This document shows positions 62,689-64,000 of a stretch of DNA of 64,000 nucleotides, one piece after another (the first letter of the stretch is position 1; each line of letters opens with the position of its first letter). The position numbers and the translations under genes are program-made. The stretch is from Callorhinchus milii (Eukaryota). The notes beneath the pieces were generated by a model. That model worked only from the letters and a program-made list of their open reading frames with translations. It had not been told where the DNA came from and ran no database searches. The DNA is taken from NCBI RefSeq assembly GCF_018977255.1, contig NW_024704743.1, forward strand, positions 30,444,001-30,508,000, given 5' to 3'.

Positions 62689-64000
62689 ACTCGAAAACGT
62701 TTATCTAAATAGATAAACGGTTCTACAGCAGTTGGCTACTATACCTAGTATAGGTTGCTGTGGTATAGTTGGTAAAGGTGAGTAGTCAGCTTTAACGACT
62801 GCTAAGAACTTTTTTGGTTAAATTATTCCTGACTTTCACTTGGATATTGATGAGCTTAGACTTTTTTTTCTTAACTGAGGTTGCTTCCAGTAACCAAAAA
62901 TGTGTCGTCCTTCCCATCTCCACCCATGGAAATGCTGCTTCAGAAGCTTCAGACAGAATATCTCAGGCATATCCGAAGTGCCACACACTTGGCTCCTCGA
63001 GTCTAAGTTGGGATCTGTTGCTGGGGTGGTGATGGCACACAGACAACACAGGCTTTAGCATGCCGCCCCTTGACAATTGGTGAGCTGTGTGACGAACTGA
63101 GGAACAGATGCAGAGTGGCGGCGTATAATGTTGCATTTCTTCCTTTTGCAACCTTCACAGTGACCATGAGCACTTGAGGAGAGATATTAGTGTATCTTTC
63201 AGCAGAAAGTGAGCAAAATCTAAAGCAAACTCACACGAGACACGCCTTCCATTATTCAAACCAGTGCGCAAGATACAGAATAAACCTACTTGTCTATGAG
63301 GGGGTTTCAGCAGCTTCAAGTGTCATTTTTGGGGGTAAGATTATTCATGAGGGGGGGCAAGCATCTTTCTTGGTCATGCAAAATGGGGTTGAGGAAATGT
63401 AAGGAACTTTGACCTGGTGATTAAAATCTAGATCTGTTGATAGTTTGAGCAGCTGCACAATTTGTCGGCAACGGCATTTGGAGTTAAGAGGAAGAAAGGA
63501 GCCATTTCTGGGAGCTAATTGTAGAAGAGAGATTCTTACTTCAGGGGAATTCTTCACAAATTATGCACACACACACAGTCATTTTTCACAAACCTCAGTT
63601 GTCTTTTATTGCATTGATAAAACGGTGCAAAAAGGATAAGCAGCTTGACTAAATGTAACAGATCACAAGACGAGCCAGTTTAGTGCAAACAGACCTAACC
63701 TTGGGGGACTTCGGAAAACAAGCCCTGATATCTCAAGCTGTTTATCACACGGGTGAACATCTGGCTTGAGGCCCATAGCAGAAAGTGCAGTATAAGATTC
63801 TCCTCATTAATCCTGCAATGCTGCCAAAGGAGGGTTTTAACGCTGTCCCAAAATCTGAGAGATTAGCATTTTTTTTAGTTTATTACATTTTCATTCCTCC
63901 CATCTAATTTTATTTGACATCAGGCAGTAACGAAATCCTGTCCGCAGCTGTTATTTGACACAAATCTTTTCTGCGGTTTTAAAAGCTGAAAACCCGCTGC

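Noticed and set aside
62686..62785. Canonical hammerhead ribozyme
   Set aside because: GAAA, stem III and an NUH site are present but the CTGANGA core is missing.

Overview
This is a eukaryotic, AT-rich (~40% GC by eye), repeat-dense window with no recognisable host protein-coding exons. It reads as a large intron or intergenic block. The repeat inventory is typical of a cartilaginous fish: CR1 and L2 LINEs, a tRNA-headed SINE with an L2-type tail, SacSINE1-like DeuSINEs and a Penelope-type terminus. A chimaera such as Callorhinchus is my best guess; this is inferred from recalled repeat consensus sequences and was not verified. The ORFs I could identify are pieces of LINE ORF2, and the rest look like chance frames. 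The most interesting items are: (1) a perfect 42-bp inverted copy sitting in a 49-nt insert flanked by a 9-bp duplication, which looks like a recent templated insertion; (2) a degenerate Penelope-type hammerhead ribozyme; (3) a TA-flanked element with ~143-bp terminal inverted repeats; (4) an unexplained three-hairpin G-U-rich cassette joined to a truncated SINE; (5) a candidate 29-nt ATG-containing exon on the minus strand; (6) two SINE subfamilies and several nested insertions that order TE activity in time. I could not support a novel multi-gene system. Most repeat boundaries are approximate (about +/-10-20 nt).
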